Source: Saprospiraceae bacterium
GTDB lineage: Bacteria > Bacteroidota > Bacteroidia > Chitinophagales > Saprospiraceae
Length of the DNA: 64,000 nt
Direction: 5' to 3'
NCBI GenBank assembly: GCA_031424515.1
Contig: JANPHO010000681.1
Span: forward strand, 189-64,188
Position numbers and translations under genes: made by a program. This document shows, piece after piece, positions 8,801-18,434 of this stretch; within the stretch, counting starts at the first letter, position 1; the number at the start of each line of letters is the position of its first letter. Below the pieces are notes generated by a model. The model was not told the DNA's origin. It searched no databases and saw nothing but the letters and a program-made list of their open reading frames with translations.

Positions 8801-10016
8801 AAGGTCCCTTACCTACTGGTATATCTGCGATGACTGAATTTGTGCTTGCATTTATTACTGAAACGGAGTTAGATCGCTCACTCACCACGTACACATAAAC
8901 GAGGCTACCATCAGAACTAACGGATACCCCAGCAGGTTGGCTACCAACATTGATAGTCGATATTACCAAATTACTACTTGTATTGATAATAGATACTGAA
9001 TTACTGCCCAAATTAGCCACGTAAAGTCGGCTGCCATCGGGGCTTAGAGTCACACCATAAGGATTGTTACCTACTGAAGTGGTTGTAACAACTGTATTTG
9101 TAACAGTATTGATGATTGTAACATTAGCTGAGCCATTATTGGCTACGTAAACACGGCTACCATCAGGGCTTATGGTTACACCATATGGATTAGTACCTAC
9201 ATTTATTGTTGTAATGAGTGCGTTTGTGCTTGTATTGATAACTGAAATTGTGCCTGCAACGGCGTTGGCTACATAAAGTCGGCTGCCGTCGGGGCTTACT
9301 GTAACACCTGTGAGTCCTGATGTTAAAGTTACGGTTGAAATGAGTGCATTAGTACTTGTGTTGAAGACAGAGACCGTACCCGTTCCATTATTGAGAACAT
9401 AGAGACGAGTTCCATCTGGGCTCACGATTACTCCAGTAGGGAAAGTACCCACCGTCAGAGTTGCGCTAACCGTATTCGTAGCTGTGTTAATGACTGATAC
9501 TGTACCACCATCATAATTGGTTATATAAACTCGATTGCCATCCGGGCTCACTGTTACGCCAAGAGGGCTAGTTCCAACAGTTATAGTAGTTACTACTGTA
9601 TTCGTACTCGTATTGATAACAGAAACTGTATTATCACCGAAGTTGGGAATATATGCCAACTCAGTGCCAGGTATAAAAGGCGTTACTGTTATTGTGGCTG
9701 TAAGCGCTGTATTACCAGCGTTGGTTGCTGTGAATGAGGGAATATTGCCCGTGCCACTGGAGGCTAATCCAATTGACGGCGTATTATTTGTCCAGCTGTA
9801 GACTGTTCCTGGGGCTCCACCCGTAAAATTAACTGCTGCTGTGGCAGTTGCATTACAGACAACTTGATTGGAGATTGTATTGACCGTTGGCGGAACACAT
9901 TGGCCATAGGATTTAACACTTACCATCATACTAAGCAAGCAAGCTATTAAGCTTATTTGCTTTAAAAAAGTGTAGTTGATTCTTTTCAAAGGCAAATGAC
10001 AATAGTGGTTAGCCAT
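5844..10016 (-). CDS. Giant T9SS-secreted surface protein (YVTN beta-propeller repeats, Ig-like/HYR domains, dockerin-like EF-hand, Por C-terminal sorting domain)
   Basis: About 7 repeats of the VSVINTSTNxVxxTIxVGxxPxGVxxSPDGSRxYVxN type. HYR-like KPTISCPP...DNC modules. DVNRDGEVDGLDMILIRN. C-terminal NPF...GVYFYRL sorting domain. The start is taken at MANHY (10016); the track ORF extends to 10085. Confidence 0.8.
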   Translation of the reverse strand: MANHYCHLPLKRINYTFLKQISLIACLLSMMVSVKSYGQCVPPTVNTISNQVVCNATATAAVNFTGGAPGTVYSWTNNTPSIGLASSGTGNIPSFTATNAGNTALTATITVTPFIPGTELAYIPNFGDNTVSVINTSTNTVVTTITVGTSPLGVTVSPDGNRVYITNYDGGTVSVINTATNTVSATLTVGTFPTGVIVSPDGTRLYVLNNGTGTVSVFNTSTNALISTVTLTSGLTGVTVSPDGSRLYVANAVAGTISVINTSTNALITTINVGTNPYGVTISPDGSRVYVANNGSANVTIINTVTNTVVTTTSVGNNPYGVTLSPDGSRLYVANLGSNSVSIINTSSNLVISTINVGSQPAGVSVSSDGSLVYVYVVSERSNSVSVINASTNSVIADIPVGKGPFAFGNFIKPGLTPCKGTPKQFTITVNTKPTISSTASLLDNNTTGQCGKIITYNSSFTGAPTPTISYEFKGVTIATGSGNGSGSFFNVGTTNVILSATNSCGVGTHTFDITIKDTEKPTISCPPNQSITLGSFECSRPVIFTDPSVSDNCPDVNLKRMDLTTISSGVSLSPGIYNLKYRATDKAGNTADCGFTIQVNGQLSSSRLTCIPTLTVSLDERQCASILDGPSLLTNGVYYCPSFYNTTITGKTNSTFTSADIGKTFTVTVSDNFNNRCSTLVSVVDIKAPVLNAPLDAIISCADVSQDGRILTDLALPSVIYECSKTTFSFQDKIINLPVGQTSFNTRPDGFPAGKNFDFAAAYGSSKIIVRTYTATDESNNSSTIQRVIYVKNIELSQVECPKDVTVACVQGDFNTSIQSTGTPVIKNSRLVQDASCGIDYLFSDERVDNAQGYLIKRTWTFISRLNNQRQSCVQTITVNDTKPTLTCPASKTVTIGADKKVVVLASSVGTASDNCTPANALVWSITQGTSTNTSLTYICADLGNKAVQISVKDAAGNTSSCNTMIQVVDPSNFCVNIPLLAISGNINKETGENISATVKVFQSNSPMADMEGSSFQFNNLVQGNSYRVQPERDNDIYNGVTTFDIALISKHVLDIQPFTSPYQMIAADVNRDGEVDGLDMILIRNLVLRRITRFPNNNSWRFIPKNFIFKDSKNPFADDFPEALNYNNISTDINKADFIAVKVGDVNLNAKANVLALSTRTARPTENIYLVDKKMEAGKEYIVDLNINNSTLAALQLALKIDKTNVATFSVQEGNLPQFESGNFEVNQKQGIVGMAWVNTKREVFSNENSIIQLRITPRQSAWLHELVSLEEQNMENLSYDTEGVEKQLQLKFSNLKTDNVVFELHQNRPNPFMSETTISFNLPETNTAELSVYDINGKQIYNLNKVFTKGFNEVKLDNSVIKNTGVYFYRLQSDKFTAVKRMQYFTN

Positions 10017-10637
10017 CTTGTTTTTGCCTGGTACTTTGAAATGAGCTTGTTGTAGCTCATGGGATTGTGGTGCTTTCATAATCATTGTTTTATGTCTAAA
10101 TTGGGATTATATAAGTTGCAAAAGCAATGCTTACTTAAACTACTGTTCCTATCGATGTACGATGGATCAACAATAATTCAAATAAAAAATAGCTTGCATC
10201 CCTTTAACTGGTGCAAAATTATTTTATGATTAAAAGCTTTAAAACGGTGGTAAAGTGGGAAAGTATGTTCTATGCGATGTTTTATAATACAACAAATATA
10301 GGCATTTATATGTTACGGAGGCAACTATATTACTGAGGATACTAAAAAATTAACATAAATTACACGTAATTGAGTACTTAACATATTTTATATTTTTTAT
10401 ATAAATTAAATTCATTTTATTGTCTTCTGAATATTTTAAGCCTATTAAAAATACCCCCCCTCAGTAAACACCTATTTGTTTGCTTATGCAAGCATTGTTC
10501 TGTTTAGTGCACTTTTTTCACTTTATAATTTTCAAGAAGAAAAACCTTATTTCAGTTTGAAAACCGTATATTTCCTAAAGTATGATTACTTTTGACGAAT
10601 TAAATCTACATTTTAATCCATAATCATATCTTTTATA

Positions 10638-12593
10638 GTGAAAGCAGTTTTTGTTTTTTTATCTTTTTTATGCTTTTTCAATATTTATAAAATATCAGCA
10701 CAGACACATATTGATAGTCTTTTGTTGAGATTACAACAGACCAATAAAGAGCGTCAAAAAATCCTTATTTTAGATACTTTAGCTGATAAAACGCGTGAAA
10801 CAAATGCCGCTGAAAGCCTTCGTTATAGCCGTGAACAATTAGCATTGGCTGAAAAAGTCGGTGATACTGAGGGGGTACACAAAGCATATTACAATTTGGC
10901 TTACAGTATTGATTCGGAAGGCAAAGCCGATTCGTCGTTATATTTTTCTCAAAAAGCATATACTTATTTTTTAAAACAGAAAAATTACACTTATGCTATT
11001 AAATCCGCTTACAATTCGGCTTACGAATTGGGCAATTTGGGACGTCAAAATGAAGCAGTTCCAATCGCTTTGGCTAATGCAGCGTATGCTGATTCCGTAA
11101 AAGATGCCAGCTTAATTGGTTTAACCTCTGCTGCTTTGGGTAGTTTATATGGCCAAATTGAAAGACCTACCGATGCGCTGCCTTGGTTTGAAAAAGCATT
11201 TAAAGTTTTTGAATCCTTAAATGATAAAGCTAAAACTGCTGGCGTTTATTTTGGACAAGCCGCCTCATATCGCCAATTGGATAAAGATAGCCTTGCCATT
11301 ATCACGATGGAGAAAGCACTTGAATTGTTCCGAGCTGAACATCTTACGATAAAAGAAGTGTACGCTCTGAATGCTCTGGGCGAACTCTACGCTGAAATAG
11401 AGCAATACGAAAAATCTATATCTTACTACGAAAAAGCCATTGATTTGTGCAAAAAAGTGCAGATTGATAATTTACTTTTTGTGATTTATTCGCATTGTGC
11501 TTACTCTTACATTAGGTTAAAAAGATACGATAAAGCTGAAAAGCTTTTAAAAATTTGTATGCCATTGGTGGAAAAAATGCAGACTTTCGAACAGGTTAGA
11601 TTCTATGAAACATTGAGTGGGCTTTATTCCGACCAAGGTAATTACCAAGAGGCAATGGTATATATGAAGATTGTTCGGAAATTAGAAATGAAAAAAAATG
11701 AAGAGATTAATAATCAAACAGACGCTCTCATTAAAAAACACGCCGTTGAAAAGCAAGAACAGGAGAATAGCCTATTGCAAGCACGAAACCGTTTTTATAT
11801 TGGTGGTTTAATGGCTATGCTTATTTTGCTGGGTTTTGCAGCATGGGCTTATTCACGTTTGAGGAAGCAAAAAAGTATTATTGAACAACAAAATGAATCT
11901 CTTGCATTACTCAATACCACAAAAGATAAATTATTCAGCATCATTGCCCACGATTTGCGCACACCTATTGGTACATTAAAAACCTACTTAGAAATGACGG
12001 ATTTTGGACTCTTGTCGCAAGCACAGTTTTCAACAGCTTCCCAGAAGCTCACCAATAACGTCAATGCTCTTTTTCAAACTCTTGATAATTTACTGCAATG
12101 GGCATATTCTCAACTCAAAGGCATCAAAACCCAACCTGAAACTATCAATCTGTACGAAGTAGTCAGTGAAGAATTACAATTTTTATATGAAACTGCTCAA
12201 CAGAAAAATGTCGCCATTATCAATAATATTGAACCTGAAACGACTGCTTTTGCGGATAAAAATCAAGTCGGATTGGTCATTCGCAATACGGTCAGCAATG
12301 CTCTAAAATTCACGAATTCGGGCGGTGAAATCGTTTTACAAAGCTTTGATACTGAGGGGGATAAAATTGAAATTAAAATATCCGATAATGGCATCGGCAT
12401 ACCACAAGACATTCAAAATCAATTGTTTACAATCAATGAAAAAACTTCAAGACGCGGCACCGCACAAGAAAAAGGGCAAGGCTTAGGCTTGATATTGGCA
12501 AAAGAAATGATGGAAGCCAATGAAGGCTCTCTTAAAATAGTAAGCGTTGAAAATAAAGGTACGACCGTATATTTGGAATTGCCCATTAGTTGA
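10638..12593 (+). CDS. TPR-repeat sensor histidine kinase (orphan)
   Basis: Signal peptide, about 300 aa of TPR-like repeats, one TM, HisKA H-box SIIAHDLRTP, and HATPase N/G boxes (NALKFT, DNGIGI, GQGLGL). GTG start. Confidence 0.8.
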   Translation: MKAVFVFLSFLCFFNIYKISAQTHIDSLLLRLQQTNKERQKILILDTLADKTRETNAAESLRYSREQLALAEKVGDTEGVHKAYYNLAYSIDSEGKADSSLYFSQKAYTYFLKQKNYTYAIKSAYNSAYELGNLGRQNEAVPIALANAAYADSVKDASLIGLTSAALGSLYGQIERPTDALPWFEKAFKVFESLNDKAKTAGVYFGQAASYRQLDKDSLAIITMEKALELFRAEHLTIKEVYALNALGELYAEIEQYEKSISYYEKAIDLCKKVQIDNLLFVIYSHCAYSYIRLKRYDKAEKLLKICMPLVEKMQTFEQVRFYETLSGLYSDQGNYQEAMVYMKIVRKLEMKKNEEINNQTDALIKKHAVEKQEQENSLLQARNRFYIGGLMAMLILLGFAAWAYSRLRKQKSIIEQQNESLALLNTTKDKLFSIIAHDLRTPIGTLKTYLEMTDFGLLSQAQFSTASQKLTNNVNALFQTLDNLLQWAYSQLKGIKTQPETINLYEVVSEELQFLYETAQQKNVAIINNIEPETTAFADKNQVGLVIRNTVSNALKFTNSGGEIVLQSFDTEGDKIEIKISDNGIGIPQDIQNQLFTINEKTSRRGTAQEKGQGLGLILAKEMMEANEGSLKIVSVENKGTTVYLELPIS

Positions 12594-12604
12594 TAAAGCA
12601 ATAA

Positions 12605-13567
12605 TCAATCAATAAGCCGACCGACCATAATGCCCGTTTGAGATTTATTACGAGCAAGGTAATCCACTAAAGGCACATCTGAAATCAATACCTGACGAAA
12701 CTGCGATGAGGCGTGCAGCATATATAATCGCCCATTTTGCCAGAGGGCAATGCCTGTGTGCGCCATATCCATGCCTTCTAAACGGTTGGTAATGCCAATA
12801 ATATCACCATCTTTTATTTTTGATTCTATATCCGCAACTTTATCTTTTTGAATAAAATATTTGACTCTATTGGTGATGTCGTTTTCCACTTTTTTCATGC
12901 GAGCGAAGGTATTTGGGTCGGCCATATTACCATACAACGTATCTTTTTTATAGCTCATATAAAACACCGATTTATCAAATATTTCACCGCCCATATCTTG
13001 CGTGATATTTTTTAAAACGCCTCTTTTTTCATTTTCAAAAAGCCAATCCGAGAAATAATGCAAGCGGGCTGCGTAATCAATTTCACCATTTCGATAGCGA
13101 ATTTGGGCTATTTTTTGTTTAAAAGTATCAAAATTGGGTGTTTTAGAGCGGCTCGTTTGGGTCAATGCAATCATACTTTCTACGAAGGTAACGCAATCGA
13201 AAATCCTTAAATTCACGACCAAAACTTCGGCTGAAATGGGTTGCAGTTTTACAGAGCCATCCGAGCGTTTGGTGGTATCAATCTTAGATTTCGGATAGGG
13301 ATTTCCTCTAAAAGTTTTACCAAAAGCGACTACACCTGCTGCCATACTGAGGGGCCTCGGCAAGGTCATTTTTTCATTAAAAATCTCTTGGTGCGTTGGC
13401 TGTTTAACTGGAACTTTCTTTTTAACAGCGGCAGTACCTTGCGAAAACACGATTGGACTGCTTAAAAACAGTAAAATACTGAGGGGGAGTAGTTGTATAA
13501 AAAAACGCTTTATGATAGTTATAAACATTGGATTCTTCTTTTTAATTCTTTGTAAATATATGTTCAT
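12605..13567 (-). CDS. DUF1460 / NlpC-P60-like putative cell-wall hydrolase
   Basis: Secreted. FDCVTFVES (candidate catalytic Cys) and DMAHTGIAL (candidate His), as in DUF1460 amidase-like proteins. An alternative start is at 13528. Confidence 0.5.
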   Translation of the reverse strand: MNIYLQRIKKKNPMFITIIKRFFIQLLPLSILLFLSSPIVFSQGTAAVKKKVPVKQPTHQEIFNEKMTLPRPLSMAAGVVAFGKTFRGNPYPKSKIDTTKRSDGSVKLQPISAEVLVVNLRIFDCVTFVESMIALTQTSRSKTPNFDTFKQKIAQIRYRNGEIDYAARLHYFSDWLFENEKRGVLKNITQDMGGEIFDKSVFYMSYKKDTLYGNMADPNTFARMKKVENDITNRVKYFIQKDKVADIESKIKDGDIIGITNRLEGMDMAHTGIALWQNGRLYMLHASSQFRQVLISDVPLVDYLARNKSQTGIMVGRLID

Positions 13568-13735
13568 TTCTGGTTTTATGCCTCTTTTTAAGGAAATTTA
13601 AGATGTAATTAGCCTATTTTTTATAAAATTCGTCTTTATAAAACATGAAAAACATACACTTGATTATACCATTACGAACTAATACTTACCTTGGAGGGTC
13701 AAACAATTATCTATTTTAAAACAAATTCTATATCC

Positions 13736-14551
13736 ATGTTACTCATTAGATATTTCAGTATCGTATTTTTCATTTTAATAATAAGTTGCCATAAAACGCC
13801 TTATGACGCTACGAATAAGGTCTATAAAAAGCAAATGAAGACTTATGCCAAGCGATTGAGTGAATATCCATTAGTGGATACAGTGGGTTTCAAACCTCCT
13901 GTGGATTGGGTAGGAACGACCAATTTTAACATGCGTAAACCTAATTTTGTCATCATTCACCACACCGCGCAAAACAGTTGCGACCAAACGCTTAAAACGT
14001 TCACCTTGCCGCGCACGCAAGTGAGTGCACATTATGTAATTTGTGAAGATGGGACGGTGCATCACATGCTGAACGATTACCTCCGAGCATGGCACGCGGG
14101 GGCAGGAAAATGGGGGAATAATACAGATATTAACTCCTGTAGCATCGGAATTGAGTTGGATAATGATGGTTTTGAGCCGTTTGCTGAGCCGCAAATGAAG
14201 AGTTTGTTACAGCTTCTTGAAAATTTAAAAAAGGCATACGGTATCCCTACCGCTAATTTTATAGGTCATGCTGACATCGCTCCGACTCGAAAAAACGACC
14301 CTAATGTAAATTTTGATTGGAAATTATTGGCTCAAAAAGGCTTTGGTAATTGGTATGGTGATACCACAGGCATCACTATTCCCATTTATTTTGAACCGCT
14401 ACAAGCCTTACGCATCATTGGCTACGACACGCGCGATAGCAGTGCAGCCATTGCAACTTTTAAAAGAAAATACATGAAAATTGATAAAAGTAGGGCTTTT
14501 ACTGAGGGGGATAAGAAAGTATTGTATAAAGTAATGCAGAATAGTTTTTAG
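13736..14551 (+). CDS. N-acetylmuramoyl-L-alanine amidase (Amidase_2/AmpD-PGRP fold) lipoprotein
   Basis: FVIIHHTA...SAHYVI...AWHAG...NSCSIGIELDN...HADIAP motifs. Lipoprotein-like signal ending in SC. ATG at 13736 is preferred over the TTG at 13691. Confidence 0.85.
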   Translation: MLLIRYFSIVFFILIISCHKTPYDATNKVYKKQMKTYAKRLSEYPLVDTVGFKPPVDWVGTTNFNMRKPNFVIIHHTAQNSCDQTLKTFTLPRTQVSAHYVICEDGTVHHMLNDYLRAWHAGAGKWGNNTDINSCSIGIELDNDGFEPFAEPQMKSLLQLLENLKKAYGIPTANFIGHADIAPTRKNDPNVNFDWKLLAQKGFGNWYGDTTGITIPIYFEPLQALRIIGYDTRDSSAAIATFKRKYMKIDKSRAFTEGDKKVLYKVMQNSF

Positions 14552-14557
14552 TTGTTG

Positions 14558-14629
14558 GTGCTTGGTTGTTAGTGCTTAGTAATTCGTCAACACGTGATAA
14601 CCAAGCACTAAGCACTAACAATCAAGCAC
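14558..14629. terminator. Long inverted repeat between convergent genes
   Basis: GTGCTTGGTTGTTAGTGCTTAGT / ACTAAGCACTAACAATCAAGCAC, 22/23 bp. Confidence 0.65.
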
Positions 14630-14642
14630 AAATAACTATAAC

Positions 14643-16310
14643 TTACTCTCTTAATTCGCGTCTCAATATTTTACCGACGTTTGTTTTAGGTAATTCATCT
14701 TTGAAAACCACGAATTTAGGTATTTTATAAGGCGTCAGATTGGTTTTACAATGTTCGATGACTTCTGCCTCAGTGAGTGATGGGTCTTTTTTAACGATAA
14801 ATACCTTTACCAATTCACCGGATTTGGCATCTTTTACACCAACTGCAGCTGATTCCAAAATTTTAGGATGCATGGACAATACATCTTCAATTTCGTTGGG
14901 ATACACATTGAAACCAGATACCAAAATCATATCTTTTTTCCTATCTACTATTTTAAAATAGCCATCTTCATCCATCAAGCCAATATCGCCAGTGCTCATC
15001 CAGCCATCTTTTAATACTTCTGCAGTGGCATCGGGGCGATTGAGATAGCCTTTCATAACTTGAGGCCCTTTAATTTGAATTTCACCCACTTCATCAATCC
15101 CCAAAATATTGCCAGCTTCATCTATAATGCGCATTTCAGTCGAAGGCAAAGGCATACCAATTGAGCCTAATTTGCCTGAACCATCAGCGGGATTCGTACT
15201 CGCACACGGGGAAGTTTCCGTCATGCCGTAACCTTCCACTAAGGGTGCATTGGTCACTTGCTTCCACTTTTCAGAAACGACTTTATTGACAGCCATACCA
15301 CCACCCAAGGCGAAAACCATTCGGCTGTGGTCGAGTGCCGCAAAATCTGGGTGATTCAATAAAGCATTGAATAGGGTATTGATACCAATGAAAACTGTTG
15401 GTCTATATGTTTTTAAATCCTTGATAACGGAAGGTAAATCGCGTGGATTAGGTACTAAAATATTCTGTGCGCCCATGCTGAAAAGCCCCATACAATTGAC
15501 GGTAAAAGCAAAAATATGGTACAAAGGCAGTGGACAAAATGCGACTTCTGAACCATCATCTTTCAAGACAAGACCACACGTCGTGCGCATTTGAAGCATA
15601 TTTGCTACAAGGTTGCGGTTGGTGAGCATAGCACCTTTCGATACGCCTGTAGTACCACCAGTATATTGTAGAGCAATGACGTCTTCTGATTTAGATTCAA
15701 AAGATTTTATCGAAAACTTTGCCCCCTCAGTAATTGCGTGTTTTACGGTGACAGTATTCGGTAAATTGAACTTAGGTACCATCTTTTTAACACGACGTAC
15801 CATAAAATTAATGAGTGGACCTTTTAGCCCGCCAACCATTTCACCCATACTGGCTACGATGATGGTTTTAATAGGAACTTCATCCAAAATGGACTCTAGA
15901 TGGTAAGCAAAGTTTTCAATAATAACGATGGCTTTTGCCCCACTATCATTGAATTGGTGCTTCATTTCACGCGGCGTATAAAGCGGATTGGTGTTCACAA
16001 TGACCAAGCCTGCCCGAAGTGCGCCAAATAATACAATTGGATATTGTAAAATATTGGGCATCATTATCGCCAATTTATCACCGGGTTCTAAGCCTCTGGA
16101 GTGCATGTAGGCAGCAAATTGTCGGCTGTACCTATCTACTTCATCGAAAGTCATATCCTTTCCGAAGCAAGTAAATGCCGTTTTATACCTATATTTTTTA
16201 AAAGTTTCCTCTAAAATTTCAAGTAGATTCTTGTATGTTTCAGGATTGATATTTGCAGGCATATTGGCTGGATATTTTTTAAGCCAAGGTCTGAAATCAG
16301 AAGTAGTCAT
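14643..16310 (-). CDS. fadD: Long-chain-fatty-acid--CoA ligase (AMP-binding family)
   Basis: YTGGTTGVSKGA AMP-binding motif, GYGMTE, TGDIG, 555 aa, and the FadD-like N-terminus WLKKYP. Confidence 0.85.
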   Translation of the reverse strand: MTTSDFRPWLKKYPANMPANINPETYKNLLEILEETFKKYRYKTAFTCFGKDMTFDEVDRYSRQFAAYMHSRGLEPGDKLAIMMPNILQYPIVLFGALRAGLVIVNTNPLYTPREMKHQFNDSGAKAIVIIENFAYHLESILDEVPIKTIIVASMGEMVGGLKGPLINFMVRRVKKMVPKFNLPNTVTVKHAITEGAKFSIKSFESKSEDVIALQYTGGTTGVSKGAMLTNRNLVANMLQMRTTCGLVLKDDGSEVAFCPLPLYHIFAFTVNCMGLFSMGAQNILVPNPRDLPSVIKDLKTYRPTVFIGINTLFNALLNHPDFAALDHSRMVFALGGGMAVNKVVSEKWKQVTNAPLVEGYGMTETSPCASTNPADGSGKLGSIGMPLPSTEMRIIDEAGNILGIDEVGEIQIKGPQVMKGYLNRPDATAEVLKDGWMSTGDIGLMDEDGYFKIVDRKKDMILVSGFNVYPNEIEDVLSMHPKILESAAVGVKDAKSGELVKVFIVKKDPSLTEAEVIEHCKTNLTPYKIPKFVVFKDELPKTNVGKILRRELRE

Positions 16311-16693
16311 ATTGAGTAGATATTTTATTTTAAAAATTCAAATTTGGTTAGCACACATAAACTTAGTAAGCAGGCGTATAAAAATAATCACGGCTTTTAG
16401 CCAAGCTACTTACTGCTGCAATATCTTAAATTTATTTGAAAAGAAAAATTTAAAAATAGATAATTTGTAAAACAAGACACTTCGAACCCTTGATTTTACA
16501 AGATATTATTCCGTTTCGGGCTTAAATTGAAAATTTATCATGAAACACAGACATATATAATAATATTCATTTGGGATAATGTATTGAATGAAATATATAA
16601 TTCAGCAAACCTTTAAAGCAAAATTGCTGTTTCTAAGTACGTATAGATTTGTAAACTTTTTACTTTATATAAAGTTTAGTTACCATATTTGAT

Positions 16694-16724
16694 GCCATCT
16701 GCCGAAAGGTTAGGTGGCTTTTTT
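16694..16724 (+). terminator. Orphan intrinsic terminator (GAAA tetraloop hairpin plus T6) with no upstream plus-strand CDS
   Basis: GCCATCTGCC-GAAA-GGTTAGGTGGC followed by TTTTTT. A TTG-N17-TAGATTTG promoter-like pair is at 16624-16651. Confidence 0.45.
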
Positions 16725-16803
16725 GTTGTTAAAATGAAAAGAGCCATCCCAATAATTTGGAATGACTCTTTTAAAATGCAAAATGTGGTATTAAAATCAG
16801 ATT

Positions 16804-17907
16804 TTACATATCATAACTAATTTCAACTTCCGCAGCTGTAGGGCGAGCTTGACAAGTGAGTATATAACCCGCCGCCACTTCGTCATCATCTAAAGCATAA
16901 CAAGCATCCATTTTTACTGAGCCTTTCATCACCTTAGCCATGCACGTAGAGCAAGCACCCGATGTACAAGAGTAAGGTGGGTCTTTTTTCAAAGCAATTA
17001 AAGCATCCAAAATGGTCTGATTGGGTTTCATTTCAGTCTCAATCACTTGACCGCTTAAGTGCACCGTTAATTTTGCCCCGGAAGCTACCGCACCAGCTGC
17101 TTTGGCTTCTGCCGGCGTATCATTGGTGAAATGCTCAATATGGATTTGTTTTTTATCGATATTCAAAGCATGAAGTGTATTGTTCACGGCTTCAATCATT
17201 CCTCCTGGTCCACATATAAAATAGGCAGTGTCTTTGGTGCGCTTGGTGTGGTCTTCTAAAAAACGCTCCACCACACTTTTATCAATCCGACCCACTTTGC
17301 CGAGCCATGATACTTTTCCTTTTGAAAACAAGCCACCCAAACCACCTGATTTTTCACGCTTCGGTTGGCTCAAAATATGCTCCACAAACAGCTGCCCTTC
17401 GTAGCGTTTTTGGAGAGAATCCAATTCATTTTTAAACATAATAGAATCTTCGCTTCTATTGCCATAAAGCATAAAAACTGTGGAAGCGGGCTCTTGTTCC
17501 AAGATAGTCCGCACCATACTCATCAAAGGCGTAACGCCCGAACCAGCTCCAAAAAGATAGTATGTTTTATGCTGTTCAGGGTTGACAGAAGCCACAAAAC
17601 GCCCTTGAGGAGGCATAACTTCTAAGGTATCGCCCACTTTTACATCGCTACAGAGGTAGTTAGAAACAGCCCCTTTAGGCACTTTTTTCACTGAAACCGT
17701 CCATTCATTTTGGATGGGGCTGCTACTGAGGGAGTATGCGCGGCGCTTTTCCTCGCCTTTAACCGCCACCTTTAAAGTCAAATATTGACCCGCTGAATAT
17801 TGAAAAACCTCTTTTAAATCCTCGGGAACAGCAAAACTGACGGATACAGAATCCACTGTTTCAGGAGTTATTTTTGAAACTAAAAGCTTATGAAACGTAT
17901 TATTCAT
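16804..17907 (-). CDS. PaaE/PaaK-like ferredoxin-NAD(P) reductase with C-terminal plant-type 2Fe-2S domain
   Basis: [13 protein letters not shown]...GQYLTL FAD-binding N-terminus, [18 protein letters not shown] motif, and a C-terminal CxxGxCxxC...C cluster (CTSGACSTC). Confidence 0.75.
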   Translation of the reverse strand: MNNTFHKLLVSKITPETVDSVSVSFAVPEDLKEVFQYSAGQYLTLKVAVKGEEKRRAYSLSSSPIQNEWTVSVKKVPKGAVSNYLCSDVKVGDTLEVMPPQGRFVASVNPEQHKTYYLFGAGSGVTPLMSMVRTILEQEPASTVFMLYGNRSEDSIMFKNELDSLQKRYEGQLFVEHILSQPKREKSGGLGGLFSKGKVSWLGKVGRIDKSVVERFLEDHTKRTKDTAYFICGPGGMIEAVNNTLHALNIDKKQIHIEHFTNDTPAEAKAAGAVASGAKLTVHLSGQVIETEMKPNQTILDALIALKKDPPYSCTSGACSTCMAKVMKGSVKMDACYALDDDEVAAGYILTCQARPTAAEVEISYDM

Positions 17908-18013
17908 ATTTATAAAAAACTATATTATTTAATGATGTTTTCTTGTTTTTAATGACCTTTGAAACAGTGAACTTTGAAATAAGTTGCAAAGATAGAAATT
18001 GATTTACGAATAA

Positions 18014-18074
18014 CGATTATTGATTGAGGATTTATGAAGTACCTGTAACTTCTTCAATCCTCAATCAATAATCG
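18014..18074. repeat. Perfect 18-bp inverted repeat in a divergent promoter region
   Basis: CGATTATTGATTGAGGAT (18014-18031) / ATCCTCAATCAATAATCG (18057-18074). Confidence 0.7.
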
Positions 18075-18202
18075 ATGTTCTTAAATCAACACCCCCTCAG
18101 TATTTTGAGGAAAAAAGTGTTTAATTGGCGGGAAAGAGATAATTTTGTGTTTTTTAAAAAATATTAGAAATCAATTAGAGGAGATAAAAACAACCAATAC
18201 CA

Positions 18203-18410
18203 ATGCAAATATTGGCTTGAAAATGCCTTTAGGCATGGAATATTGGTAGAAATAGTAGACAATATGCTTTTAAAGTCCTGTAAGGACGATATATTTAATG
18301 CACCCTATTAGCTGTTTCAATATACCGTTCTTACGGAACTCTGATGATTTTCATTAATTCTTCTACCAATATATCATGCCTAAAGGCATTTTAAACCAAA
18401 TATTCGCATT
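18203..18410. mobile_element. MITE-like / structured palindromic element (about 208 bp)
   Basis: About 50-bp terminal inverted repeats: AATGCAAATATTGGCTTGAAAATGCCTTTAGGCATGGAATATTGGTAGAA versus the reverse complement of 18359-18410. Each arm contains the ATGCCTTTAGGCAT mini-hairpin. Internal hairpins are GTCCTGTAAGGAC and CCGTTCTTACGG. Confidence 0.55.
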
Positions 18411-18434
18411 ACTAATAAAACTTAAATAAAATCA

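Noticed and set aside
13547-13567. ATGAACATATAT (MNIY...) at the start of the DUF1460 gene resembling the box ATG region
   Set aside because: Only 12 nt are shared, with none of the flanking box sequence. Coincidence is likely.
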